From Macrostomum lignano (taxonomy: Eukaryota): DNA of 64,000 nt. Shown here piece after piece: positions 12,301 to 24,971 of this stretch. Positions within the stretch are counted from its first letter, which is position 1. The number at the start of each line of letters is the position of its first letter. The notes beneath the pieces were generated by a model. It saw nothing but the letters and a program-made list of their open reading frames with translations, was not told the DNA's origin and ran no database searches. The position numbers and the translations under genes are program-made. Location: the NCBI GenBank assembly GCA_002269645.1, contig NIVC01000069.1, forward strand, positions 353,498 to 417,497, in the 5' to 3' direction.

Positions 12301-15300
12301 GAGAAGAATGGAGAAGGGAGAGAGTAGAAAGAAGAGGAGATGGGAGAGCAGGAGAGGTGAGAGATGAGAGGGAGGAGAGAGTAGAGACGAAAGAGAAGAG
12401 GTGAGGGAAGATGGACGAGAGAAGAGGGGAGATATAAGCGAAAATAATTCCGGGGATCAGAATTCCACATGTTCAAAATCCGCGGGTTTCAACAGCTAAG
12501 GTAAAAAAACTGAAAGTGGGGGGCCAATGGGGGGCCCATGGCTTTACAGGGGGGCCTGGGCCCCCTAGCCCCCCCCCCCCCTTGGACGGGCCACTGGCTT
12601 TCGGTAATTAAAACAGAGGATTATAAAGGCTTTAATCGAAACAGTAAGGCGATCTATATAACTTTTATCCCAACACATACATGGGCGAATGCCGCTGAAA
12701 AAAATTGTAGGGCCAGCGCCAGTTTAATTAGATGCAAATATTTCCAACGGGTATTGTAAACAGTACAATAAATAGACATGGCATGATCAATAAAATTTCC
12801 TGTCAACATTGATGCCCGGTGGCATCTGGTTAATAGATTCGGGTACAGAAGTAAACAACGGGCACATGTCCAATCGGCAGTCTTTTCCGTGGTATTTGAG
12901 CCGCAGTCCGCGTTTTGCTTCTCCCGGTCCATTTTTGAGCCTTGTGCGCTGAAAATTGACATTGACTTCAAGTGAACTCCCTCATCCGGATTTTGTCCGT
13001 TTCACTATCCGGAAGTTTATCACTGTAAGCCGGATTCACAGCCGGATAAAAAACCGGAACAACTCCGGGTAGAAAGTTATGATACATCCGACTTTCATCC
13101 GCTTCTTATTCCGGTTGGCAGTCCGGTTTTCATCCGCTTATCGACCGGAGCAGGAATCGGACACAATCCGGATAAAATGTGATCAATAAAAACACTTTAA
13201 TCCGGTTTTGCTCCGGAGTTTCCTCCGTTTGTTAGTCCGGTAAGAACTGCCGGATCAAAACCGGATAAAAATTCATTTTCGTCCGGAAAAGTCTAAAATT
13301 ACGGATTAAACCGGATGAAGGCCGGGTAAATACCGGGTACCGACAGCCAGGCGGGTATCCAAGACCCCAAACTAGTAGAATTCTCATATCTAAGACCCCG
13401 CACTAGTAGAATCTCATATCCAAGACCCCAAACTAGTAGAATCTCATATCTAAGACCCCAAACTAGTGGAATTCTCATATCTAAGACCCCGCACTAGTAG
13501 AATCTCATATCTAAGACCCCAAACTAGTGGAATTCTCATATCTAAGACCCCGCACTAGTAGAATCCCATATCCAAGACCCCAAACTAGTAGAATCTCATA
13601 TCTAAGACCCCAAACTAGTAGAATCTCATATCTAAGACCCCAAACTAGTGGAATTCTCATATCTAAGACCCGCACTAGTAGAATCTCATATCTAAGACCC
13701 CAAACTAGTGGAATTCTCATATCTAAGACCCCGCACTAGTAGAATCTCATATCCAAGACCCCAAACTAGTAGAATCTCATATCTAAGACCCCGCACTAGT
13801 AGAATCTCATATCTAAGACCCCAAACTAGTAGAATCTCATATCTAAGACCCCGCACTAGTATAATCTCATATCCAAGACCCCACACCAATACAATCCCAT
13901 ATCTAAGACACACACACACACAACTGAATCGCATATCTATGTCCTGCCACTAAAAAGAACAGAATTTAAATTCCTTAGATCTTATAATTCCAAAAAGTGT
14001 AGAATAATACCAACTTAATGATTCTGCACTCGACAGCAAGGCATTAGTAATCTAAGCCGTATTATAAACAGTCGAAAGTTGGGAACGCTAAGAGTGATGG
14101 ATTCAAGAATTTCCCATTAGGCCACAGCAATACCTAAGCTGCTGTACTTAAGCCCCGAATAACCCGATAAATATGCAAAACTGAGGCGAAGAATGTCGGC
14201 CATTTACCGCCCCGCATTGCTCTGAAGACAAATGGAATGCACGTACTGAAAAAATGTCAATAATGAGCCGCTATGGTTTTGACGTGGACAGCAAGTCTAA
14301 CAGGGATAGGCTAACAACTGTGATTCTGTAAAACCTTGCTTAAGTCACAGTCTTCCTAATGTACACTCAGCATGAATGGCGTGCAGGAATGACACCTTTT
14401 TCGGCTCGCAACTTAGAGATAAGATAAGAACCCAGTGCACTTATTGTGTCAGATTTAAACAGGCAATTTCCGATAACTATTGCGAGATTAGAGAGATAAG
14501 AGAAGATAAGAAATCAGTGGATAATTTAATTGTAAAATTAAAGTAAACTCAGGGCGCAGAGAAATTACACGATATAATAGTAATAAAAGGAGCAATCGAT
14601 TTTTTATTAAAATGTACTAACTGACTTGGCTAATAGACTAAACTACGGTTTTGCATACATATTTTGTAGATGATTTGATTTCTTATCTCAAGATCAATCG
14701 ACAATGGAATTTAAGCACTTACTAAGGAAGGAGGGAATGAATAGACAATAAACTTAGGATACTTAAATAGCCATTGTACCATGACCTTTGCGCCCGCTGG
14801 GCACTTATTCTTGCCTTTTAATGCCATAGACTACATTTAAGCCCGCTTGCAGGAAAGAAAGATCGAAATTAGCGGGCAGTTTGAGGTCGGTATGTGATTA
14901 AATCTCGAGAGCCGAAGGCTCGAGGGATTTAAGTGAAATACCGGCCGACCGAAAAACCCATAGAATATCTTATTTCAACCACTTCAATTTTGCGGGATGC
15001 ATGGTTATTAATGTACTATTATGCCTGGGTGAAAGTATAGATCCATTACAAAAAAAGCAGTCTTCTATTGTACAAATTGTCTACAGAAGAGACATGCATT
15101 CTTCCATGCAATGGCTGTATGGGGAAGCTGTTTAGCAACCAGTGAGGAAAAACCGTTCAGACCGAAGCAATTTCCTTAAAAACTCACAGAAAGAAAGAAA
15201 AAGAAAGATCCGGAAGTCAAGACACACAGCTAGGCAGGCCAGCTACTGAACAAAAGTTCCAGATTATAACACTAACGCCAGTTTATAGTAAGATAAATAT

Positions 15301-18300
15301 GAGGCAGGACAGCGTGATTGACGTGCCTGACTGGCCAGGCGCGCACGCATAACAGTTCACTAGCTGGCCCATCAACTGAGGATCTTAAAGGCTGGCCCAG
15401 AAACTGAGGATCTGAGAGGCTGGCCCAGCAACTGAGGATCTGAGAGGCTGGCCCAGCAACTGAGGATCTGAGAGGCTGGCCCAGCAACTGAGGATCTGGG
15501 AGGCTGGCCCAGCAACTGGGGATCTGGGAGGCTGGCCCAGCAACTGAGGATCTGGGAGGCTGGCCCAGTAACTGAGGATCTGTGAGGCTGGCCCAGCAAC
15601 TGGGGGATCTGGGAGGCTGGCCCAGCAACTGAGGATCTGTGAGGCTGGCCCAGCAACTGAGGATCTGTGAGGCTGGCCCAGCAACTGACACTCTTGGAGG
15701 CTGGCCCAGAAACTGAGGATCTGTAAGCTGGCAGTGGCCCAACCCAGACTAAAGAGACCCATAATCATACTCACCCAGCAGCCTTTGCACGTGCACAAGC
15801 CGTTCAGTCGTGATGTCGAACAAGCGGAAGCTGCGATGCACGCTAGCTAGCACAATGTGATTGCCATCAGGCGAGAACCGAGAGCAGTGCACGGGGAATC
15901 CCGGCATGTGATGCGAGTGCAGACGGTCGAACACGGGCCTGTCCGGGTCCACCTGGCCGGAGATTATTATTAATAATTAGTTTTGCGGCAGCTCGCAGCT
16001 GTGTAAACGAAGACTGAGAAGCGACAGAAAATACTAGACAGAACAGATATGGCAGACAGCAGGTGCGACAGATTAAAATTAAAATTAGAAACCAGATTTT
16101 AAGTCTGCAGATGAAATTCGGCGGAAATATAGGCTTTTGCAACAAAGCTAATGCTACTACTTAGTTAGTAGCGGTTTGGGCAAACGTATTCGATCTCGCG
16201 TCACGACCACCGATTCGATTTAGTGCGCGGCCACCTGCATTTGGGGCTTGTCAAGGTGGGCTGTCGTGCCATTCACAGCCATGAGGGCCAACCCCAAAGC
16301 TTGTCAAGGTGGGCTGTCGTGCCATTCACAGCCATGAGGGCCAACCCCAAAGCTTGTCAAGGTGGGCTGTCGTGCCATTCACAGCCATGAGGGCCAACCC
16401 CAAAGCTTGTCAAGGTGGGCTGTCGTGCCATTCACAGCCATGAGGGCCAATCCCAAAGCTTGTCAAGGTGGGCTGTCGTGCCATTCACAGCCATGAGGGC
16501 CAACCCCAAAGGTTGTCAAGGTGGGCTGTCGTGCCATTCACAGCCATGAGGGCCAACCCCAAAGCTTGTCAAGGAGGGCTGTCGTGCCATTCACAGCCAT
16601 GAGGGCCAACCCCAAAGCTTGTCAAGGTGGGCTGTCGTGCCATTCACAGCCATGAGGGCCAACCCCAAAGCTTGTCAAGGTGGGCTGTCGTGCCATTCAC
16701 AGCCATGAGGGCCAACCCCAAAGCTTGTCAAGGAGGGCTGCTGTCGTGCCATTCACAGCCATGAGGGCCAACCCCAAAGCTTGTCAAGGAGGGCTGCTGT
16801 CGTGCCATTCACAGCCATGAGGGCCAACCCCAAAGCTTGTCAAGGTGGGCTGTCGTGCCATTCACAGCCATGAGGGCCAACCCCAAAGCTTGTCAAGGAG
16901 GGCTGCTGTCGTGCCATTCACAGCCATGAGGGCCAACCCCAAAGCTTGTCAAGGAGGGCTGTCGTGCCATTCACAGCCATGAGGGCCAACCCCAAAGCTT
17001 GTCAAGGAGGGCTGCTGTCGTGCCATTCACAGCCATGAGGGCCAACCCCAAAGCTTGTCAAGGTGGGCTGTCGTGCCATTCACAGCCATGAGGGCCAACC
17101 CCAAAGCTTGTCAAGGAGGGCTGCTGTCGTGCCATTCACAGCCATGAGGGCCAACCCCAAAGCTTGTCAAGGAGGGCTGCTGTCGTGCCATTCACAGCCA
17201 TGAGGGCCAACCCCAAAGCTTGTCAAGGTGGGCTGTCGTGCCATTCACAGCCATGAGGGCCAACCCCAAAGCTTGTCAAGCTTGCCAAGGATGTGCTCAA
17301 GAGTTGTTGCCCCCACAATAAGTATGCAATAAGTAGGCCAGAGGCACAACAAGCCAGTACAAACCTGAAACAATGCAAATCTCTGGTCGGTGCTGGCGGT
17401 CAGGAGGACGCGCGCTTTCGGATTAAATTGCACCGATGTTAATCGCCGATGCGATGGCGACTCCTTATTGGCGTCGGTCAGGCGCTCGTAGTCCAGTCGG
17501 CGCGTCGGCAGGTCGCCGCCGTCTCGCCGGTTAGCCAGAACCTTGGAGTAATAAATTTTTGGTTGGAGAATAGAAAATCCCTCTTCAATTCTTTCCACGG
17601 ATAATCCTACTGAAGATTATTCCCACAGATAATCCCACTGAGGATTATTCCCACAGATAATCCCACTGAGGATTCTTCCCACAGATAATCCAACTGAGGA
17701 TTCTTCCCACAGATAATCCCTCTGAGGATTTTTTCCCACAGATAACCCCCTCTGAGGATTCTTACCACAGATAATCCCTCTGAAGATTTTTCCCAAAGAT
17801 AATCCCACTGAGGATTCTTCCCACAGATAATCCAACTGAGGATTCTTCCCACAGATAATCCCACTGAGGATTTTTCCCACAGATAATCCAACTGAGGATT
17901 CTTCCCACAGATAATCCCTCTGAGGATTTTTTCCCACAGATAACCCCCTCTGAGGATTCTTCCCACAGATAATCCCTCTGAGGATTTTTTCCCACAGATA
18001 ATCCCTCTGAGGATTTTTTCCCACAGATAATCCCTCTGAGGATTTTTTCCCACAGATAACCCCCTCTGAGGATTCTTACCACAGATTCCCCCTTTGAGGA
18101 TTCTTACCACAGATAATCCCTCTGATGATTTTTTCCCACAGATAACCCCTCTGAAGATTCTTCCCACAGATAATCCCAGAGGATTTTTCCCTCATATAAG
18201 CCCACTGAGGATTCTTCCTACAGATAAACCCTCTAGAGGAATTTTCCCAGAGATAATCACTCTGAGGATTCTTCCCACAGATAATCCCTCTGAGGATTCT

Positions 18301-19341
18301 TCCCACAGATAATCCCACTGAGGATTCTTCCCACAGATAACCCCCTCTGAGGATTCTTCCCACAGATAATCCCTCTGAGGATTCTTCCCACAGATAATCC
18401 CTCTGAGGATTTTTTCCCACAGATAACCCCTCTGAGGATTCTTTCCCACAGATAATCCCTCTGAGGATTATTCCCACAGATAATCCCACTGAGGATTATT
18501 CCCACAGATAATCCCACTGAGGATTCTTCCCACAGATAATCCAACTGAGGATTCTTCCCACAGATAATCCAACTGAGGATTCTTCCCACAGATAATCCAA
18601 CTGAGGATTCTTCCCATTGATAAACCAACCGAGGATTCTTCCCACAGATAACCCCTCTGAGGATTCTTCCCACAGATAATCCCACAGAGGATTCCTCCCA
18701 CAGATAACCCCCTCTGAGTATTCTTCCCACAGATAATCTTTCAAAATGATTATTCCCACAGATAATCCCACTGAAGATTCTTCCCACAGACAATCCCTTT
18801 AAAAATTCTTCCCACAGACCAGTAAAGATTACAGTCTCCCACCAACCTGAACAGCTCGAGCTTCATCATCATCCTCATCTTCCTCGTCACGATCCTTATC
18901 CTTCGACACGGTGGCCAATTTTCGATCGACGTCCAAATAGTGGGGCGTCGGGCCGTAAGCGGCCAGGAACTCCATTCGCCTCTGCCGTTGCCGCCGCTGA
19001 AGCTTGTGCACATTGCTAGAACTCGCCGACTCGATGTCAACATCATCGTCCTCATCGTGCCAAACCTCTTCGGCTAAAGCTTTGCCATTTCTTTTCTTGT
19101 CCGGCTTCCGCTCCTTTGTGGAAGAATCAGACGAAGAAGCGTCGCTATCGGCTTCGTCGCGCTCGTCGTCTGAAGGGACTGACAAGTCGGCCTGATCTGG
19201 AAGCTCGAGACGACGAGCCAACGATTCCGACGGCAGAGTGTCGATAATAAAACCGGCAGGAACGGCGGCTGTCTGTTCGTTGCGTTTGCGCTTTTTTGCA
19301 CTGATAGTTTCAGCGCTTGACTCTGTTGGCATTTGGAGCAT
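9304..19341 (-). CDS. UTP18: U3 snoRNA-associated protein 18 (WD40); exons 19341-18847, 17541-17365, 15952-15775, 10903-10800, 9882-9304; 510 aa
   Basis: N-terminal WHDEDD motif; LTSVQFNP..ALFQ|V, FEISPD, FVDEGS, NLTT..LRFHPSQELL..ASR, DFSPGGGFLCLG..GRAAMFRLSHYSGY* match the UTP18 family; GT-AG phases consistent; total 1533 nt. Confidence 0.95.
9955..10560. repeat. 23-bp minisatellite (two alternating variants) in UTP18 intron 4
   Basis: gagtgagtgagcgagtggataat / gagtgagtgagagggcggattat. Confidence 0.95.
11441..13355. mobile_element. Non-autonomous DNA transposon with TA target duplication
   Basis: TIR cccgccgggctg / cagccaggcggg (11 of 12 match), TA on both sides, many subterminal atccgg/ccggat motifs. 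Confidence 0.8.
11985..12596. mobile_element. hAT-type MITE nested in the TA element
   Basis: Ends caggggcgcgtcca / tggacgggccactg; perfect 8-bp TSD gctttcgg (11977-11984, 12597-12604). Confidence 0.85.
15370..15730. repeat. 28-bp minisatellite in UTP18 intron 3 (same family as 36790-37090)
   Basis: gaggctggcccagcaactgaggatctgg units. Confidence 0.95.
16245..17285. repeat. 53/56-bp minisatellite in UTP18 intron 2
   Basis: gcttgtcaaggtgggctgtcgtgccattcacagccatgagggccaaccccaaa, about 19 copies, no spacers. Confidence 0.95.
17600..18820. repeat. 27-28-bp minisatellite in UTP18 intron 1
   Basis: gaggattcttcccacagataatcccact units. Confidence 0.95.
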
Positions 19342-19990
19342 TTTGCTCTGGCTGGAAATGCGATAAGATTGTAAACTAAATGTAACTTTTGCCCAGGTCA
19401 TCTAGTCATCAGTGAGGATCCAAAGTGAATCGAACAATAATTGGGTATCTAATTAGTCGGCAACCTAAATCTATAGTTGAAGCTATGACTTCAAGGCTCA
19501 TTTAGAAAATTGCTGAGATGTCAAGGCTAACCCGGGGATTGCTGAAGTTTTGTGGTTCTTGAGGGAGATTTCTGAAATGTGGCTCTTGAAGGGAATTCTT
19601 GAAATGCTGTGGCTCTTGGGAGGAACTTGTGAAAAGTGGCTTTTGGGGGGACTTGCTGAAATATTGTGGCTCTTAGGGGGTTCCTCGGGTGCTGTGAGCC
19701 AAAGCTCATAGAGGATCTTAGGGCGGACGCTTTTTTGCTTTAAAAATCACTTCCCTTTGACAGTATACAAAGTCAAAACCTACATGTGGTTTATACAAAA
19801 AGCAGTCAGAATCTTACCGGAGTATTAAGCATACATAATAAGTAGGTATCCTAAATCTATTGTTTAGGCCACCCGACAGAAAAGAATGATCCCCGGCTCT
19901 CGAATTAAGGTATTAAGGCAAAACAAAGCTTTAATAATGCATTGAAATTGGCCAATTAATCTGAATATATTATACCTTTATAATGAGAAT

Positions 19991-20279
19991 CATACATGCG
20001 CAACAGTCGGCCGATCCGGCCGACCGATTTGGCGGCCAATCAAGGAAGTCGCAAAAATTCCCACCCAAAAAATAACCTGAAGAGTAGTACTAAGTAGCTG
20101 ACGAGGCATTTTAGCTTAATAAAACAGTCATAGTTACTCCTGCCGTTTACCCAAAGTTGCGTTAATTTTGCTTTCGGGTTTTTTTATATGTAAGTCGCAT
20201 TTTTGGCCAAAAACTACGTCGCATTTTTGTTAAAACTAAGTCGCACGGCTGACCGAATTTTGGAGGTTGCACATGTATG
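19991..20279. mobile_element. hAT-type MITE (CATACATGCGCAAC termini)
   Basis: TIR catacatgcgcaac / gttgcacatgtatg; 8-bp TSD atgagaat (19983-19990, 20280-20287). Confidence 0.85.
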
Positions 20280-20510
20280 ATGAGAATGAGAATCTTCACA
20301 ATATGCGACAAGGTAAGACACTGAATACGCTACTTCGGTAACTGTACACAAAACAGAGACACAGTAAATGGCATACTAAACGAAGAAAAAAGTTAGAGAA
20401 ACATTACACCAAGAAAAATATTAATAAATCTTCTTATGCTTGAAGTGTCATACCGACAGATATATAACTGATATAACTCAAAAAACCTATAAATTAATAA
20501 CTTTATTATT

Positions 20511-20667
20511 AGCCCAGTGGTCTAGCGAAGGCTCTGATGTGCCAGCGGCCCAGGCTCGATTCCCAGTGCAGTCATATTAATTTGGGGCTAAATTGTAATC
20601 TCGGCTTGGCTCTGCTCGTGCAATTAACGCTCAGGTTGAGGGCCAACCCACAAGGCACAGGTAATTC
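20511..20667 (+). mobile_element. tRNA-derived SINE
   Basis: A-box-like tggtctagcg, B-box-like ggctcgattccc, body repeated at 8405-8482. Confidence 0.6.
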
Positions 20668-21169
20668 CGTTTTCAAAGTGTCCGGGATGAAGCATCATTA
20701 CATTCTTCTGTCAGTGGTTACAAAAAGAGTTCAGTGTCCAAATTAATTTTTTAACAATAGAAAAAGCCTCGTTAATTTGCTATCAATGTTAATAGAAGTA
20801 ACTGAAAACTTCTGTATTCTTTGGGGTGGGCATTTTTGCGACTTACCCCTGGTCCACCACAATTTACGGTGGCCAGATCGGCCAGCAGTTGCGCATGTAT
20901 GACTCATACACACGCCTACACAAGGTGTACAAAGACCCTGGGTTTCTTACTTTCTAATCGTCGGGTGTGTACATACACTCTCTGTGCCTGGTGGCTGGCT
21001 ATCATGGCTGTAAATCGTGCACACAAGCCCCAAACCCCACACGTAAAATGTCAGCAGCTAGTAAATTTGATCGTGTCAACTTTAAAACACAGTTTGACAG
21101 GAGTGAATTCTTGTACAGGTACAGAGTCAAGCATAGTTAGTTCATTAACAACACAAGCGGAGACGGATT

Positions 21170-21532
21170 TCACCTAGCCAGCGACATCAGAATATAATAG
21201 ATGAACACAAAACCAAGCAGGGAGCCGCCAATGATGTAGCACATCAATCGCCTGTCTCCAGCCGCTCTGGCGCTGAAGTTTCGCACCCGGCCAAGTGTGT
21301 TGCCAAGCAGATCTTGGGCTGAACTGAAGTCAGTGCCCAGGCCGTCTAGCACAGTATGCGATCGGTCTGTCTCGCGTTTAATATCGCTGGCATGGCCTCG
21401 GAGTGCGGCCAGCTTAGCGGCTAAAGCCTCTGCTCGCCTATCGTTCTCATCTAACAGAGTCTGTTCCGCATGCCAGTCGTGATTAGTGCCGCTGGCATTG
21501 TTGCCACTGTTATTACTATTACCATTTCTCAT
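21170..21532 (-). CDS. BET1: BET1/BET1L-family Qc-SNARE, single exon, 120 aa
   Basis: ENDRRAEALAAKLAALR..DIKRE..LDGLGTDF..LLGNTLGRV SNARE motif; LMCY and C-terminal TM anchor. Confidence 0.9.
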   Translation of the reverse strand: MRNGNSNNSGNNASGTNHDWHAEQTLLDENDRRAEALAAKLAALRGHASDIKRETDRSHTVLDGLGTDFSSAQDLLGNTLGRVRNFSARAAGDRRLMCYIIGGSLLGFVFIYYILMSLAR

Positions 21533-21694
21533 TATTCAAGACATGCAAATTTTAGAAAAGCACACAATAAATTGGCAAAAATTATTTTTAAAAGCATATT
21601 TCTACTTAATGCTCTACTATTAGTAAAATATGGGATTTAAAATGACTACTATTTTGCTTGATAGTAGCATGATTTACTTCATGCTCATGCACAA

Positions 21695-21830
21695 AGTGGA
21701 GGTTCGATTCATAGTCCCACTAAGCAATTTGTGTCCTTGAGCAAGACGCTTAACTCTGCATTGCTTCAGTTCACCCAGCTGTAAAATGGGTGCCAGCATT
21801 AGCTGGGGTAATTAAGGGTGTGTGTAGCGA
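21695..21830 (+). mobile_element. CORE-domain-like SINE fragment
   Basis: B box ggttcgattc then gtgtccttgagcaagacgcttaac...cttcagttcacccagctgtaaaatggg, resembling the MIR CORE consensus. Confidence 0.6.
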
Positions 21831-24158
21831 CCCCCCAGTTCTTGGACTGAACAGCCCTATGCAGCTTTCAGATGCACCACACAATAGCTCACTCAAAGCT
21901 ATTGCGCAAACTCAAAGTTCACTCAAATAGCTCACTCAAAGTCCCACTATTCTAATCCTAATTATAGCCAAGCATTTTTTATGATAGAGACTACTTAAAG
22001 TAGTTCTGCTACCACCCTTTATGCTGGGTTGCCTAGGCATTTAAAGGGTATCTTAACAGTGCTAAAAATAAAGTCCTTTGCATAGAAACTTAGAAAGACC
22101 TTTGATCTACACAAGGTTGAGACCCCTAATTTTAGCTAAGTTTAAGATAAAGGAAGAGTTTAAGTATAAGATAAACTCCACCTTAAAATATACTTTTGGG
22201 GTCAAAAAGCCCAAGGCTGCATTTAATGGTCTTGACTCTTGAGGCAAACAAAGCTAGCTTAAGACCATTAAATATGGCTGAGGGCTTTTGCCATAGACAA
22301 CAAATTCTAAGGAGTTTATTATATTTATTAATCTTATACTATACCAAGAATTCCTATTTCATGACAGACATTTGATTGCCATTACCCTTGCTATAGACTA
22401 TTAGTGTCTAGGAAGCCAGCAGAATCTTCACTTGCAATAAATATATTTTTTAATTTGCCTAATAATGAAAGCATAGATTAAAAATTGGAATTTGGCTAGT
22501 TAGAAGAGTTTTTTGAAGCAACTACAAAAAGAAGCTAATATCCTTAATGTGCAAGCCAGATCTTTTATTGCTTTGGGACCAGTGGATAAAGTGCTTTCAA
22601 CTAAAGAACTTAAATGGCAAATAAGTGATGGTTTTCTAACAGCTACCATTGCAAAATGAGTATTGGCCATGAATATGCTCAAGGACTAGAAAGCCTTATT
22701 CTTCTAAGCACAGCTAGATAGCAAAGCTGCTGACTTCATGATTATCAAGTTGATAGAAAAGCTGATAGAAAATGAGTTTAATCATCAATTGCCATTTTTC
22801 TTTTTGATATTAGGAAGAAAAGGGTAAGAAATTTCAACCAGACTCACTAAAAGACATATTTAGCATAGTTCAAAATGATTTTCAGTATAGGCCCTGACAT
22901 TGAAAAAAACATTCTCTGTATAGATAGATCCTAAGTCTGAAGCTATTTAGTCTATTTTAGACACTGCCACATAGTAGACCACATGTAAAGGGAACCTAAA
23001 TCATTTAATGCAAGGGAGCTCTTCAGTCCCTGAGGTCAAAGACTTAAACAACAAAGCTTTGATACCATGTATTGGGGTTAGGTGGTTGGGCTTAAATTAA
23101 GATAAATGTTTTCACTTTTAAAGGGAGCTCAATATTTAAGTCCCTAGGTCAGGTACTATGATAAGATTAGGATATTAAAGGCTAAATTTAAGATGACTAT
23201 TTTGCTAGTATCAAAGACTAGATGGCAAAGGAGGCTTCTTAGAACTAATGAATAGGCCATTAGCCTCATAGATCTTGGTAAGAATTAGAGATCTTGATAC
23301 TACAATTATTTAAACAATACCAGAAAAGGAGAGAGGGGAAAGAAAGGAAAGAAGAGAGAAAAAGTAGTAACAAGGGGAAAAATAGGAAATGTAACAGAGG
23401 TTATTGTTCTCACTAGAAACTATCCCTCTGTGGATACCAAAGTTGTAACAGGGCTTTTACCTCCTACTTTATCAATTTTAATCCCACTAAATGCCACCAA
23501 GTTGTGCTAGGGGTTTTTAATTTCCCTTATTAAATTTCTATTAAATCTTGCCTTAATGTTTCTAGCTGTTTCTTAGAATCTTATGTATTTTCTAGGTAGC
23601 ATTCTTAGTATATGGTCTGGTAGCGTTCTTAGTATATGGTCTGGTAGCATTCTTAGTATATGGCCTGAGCAGTCTTACTGGTATATGTACTTTCTCTCTC
23701 TTTCTCCAGTCTGGGCATTACCGAGATTAGAGGGTCACAGCGATTACTCTTAGTATTAATTCTCTTTGCATGAATTCCCAATTCTGACTTTCAATACTTC
23801 TTAGAATAAAATGAGCAATGATCTGAGAATGGTTTATCAAACACGTTTTGAGCTTATAGCTAGCAAACGAGTTGTTTTTTCTCCTTCTCAACATGCTCCT
23901 ATTTATACTACTGTCCAAATGTGTGTATTTTTAACAAACATCAAATATTGAGAATATATAGAATATTTTGCAGAGTAAAACAGATTATTAGCGCAGATTC
24001 AAACAGTTATATTCCTAGAAACTAACCACTTCCACAGAAAGAAAAGGAGGACTCAAAGAGAGCAGAGGGAAAAAGAGAGGAAAATGAAAGAAAAGCAAAA
24101 GGAAATACAAAAGAGAGGAAAAAAGAAAGGAGAGGAAAAGGGATAGAAAAGAGGACAT

Positions 24159-24342
24159 CAGTAGCGGATTTAAAGGGGGGGCACACAAAGTGCGCACCCC
24201 TCCATTGAGTTTGATTTTTTTGATTTTTTATATGGAAAATACACATTATCATATAGGCTATATATACTTGTACATGATATGAATATATATGTACCTTAGT
24301 AGTCTGCGCCCCCCCATTCAAAATTTTCTGGATCTGCTACTG
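24159..24342. mobile_element. hAT-type MITE
   Basis: Ends cagtagcggatt / gatctgctactg; 8-bp TSD gaggacat (24151-24158, 24343-24350). Confidence 0.85.
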
Positions 24343-24971
24343 GAGGACATTTGCCTTTGGTCTCAAGTGTATAGTCTCTATAGCTTGAGTTGCAGTACTT
24401 TATAGGCCTATAGTGGCTTAGGGCAATTGGCCTTTAATTAGATGACATAGCTAGCAAGTTAAAGTTGTTACCCACATAGCAATTCAGAACATATCAGGTG
24501 TATCCTTATGTAGAATATGGCAAAATAATATTTTTCTAGCATTACATGTTTTAATATACTATAGGCCTAACCTATAATTGTTTATATTGATATTTGAATT
24601 TAGTTTATTTTAGAATAAATTTTATAGGCCCTAGTTGTATTTATAACATTTAGGGAAGTTATCTTTATGGCCCTGGCCTGGGTTATTGTAAATTATAAAT
24701 ATTCAATGGAAATGCTAGGTCTAACTTTATATACAATTAATTTTAGGCCCTCACACTCTTAGGCCATCACCTTTTTTATTATCTTATATCTATTTGAATC
24801 GCTTTTAGGTCGTTAGACGTTTAAAGTTGCCTGTTTTTCAGGCTTTCAAATAATATACTTTACAATGATCGCCAAATATTATGAGCAACCCCTATAGGGC
24901 CTACTCAATATTTTTTCATTGACAGAATAATGCTTAATTACCTAGGCTATTTTAAATCGCATTTTGGATGA

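Larger units (their letters stand above)
11220..13930. repeat. 30-bp minisatellite split by a transposon insertion (11220-11440 and 13356-13930)
   Basis: aagaccccaaactagtagaatctcatatct units on both sides of the insertion. Confidence 0.9.

Noticed and set aside
16245-17285. CRISPR-like array
   Set aside because: Head-to-tail units with no unique spacers, no cas genes, inside a eukaryotic intron
20511-20575. tRNA gene
   Set aside because: Only degenerate A/B boxes and no convincing cloverleaf; continues into an interspersed body, so treated as a SINE head
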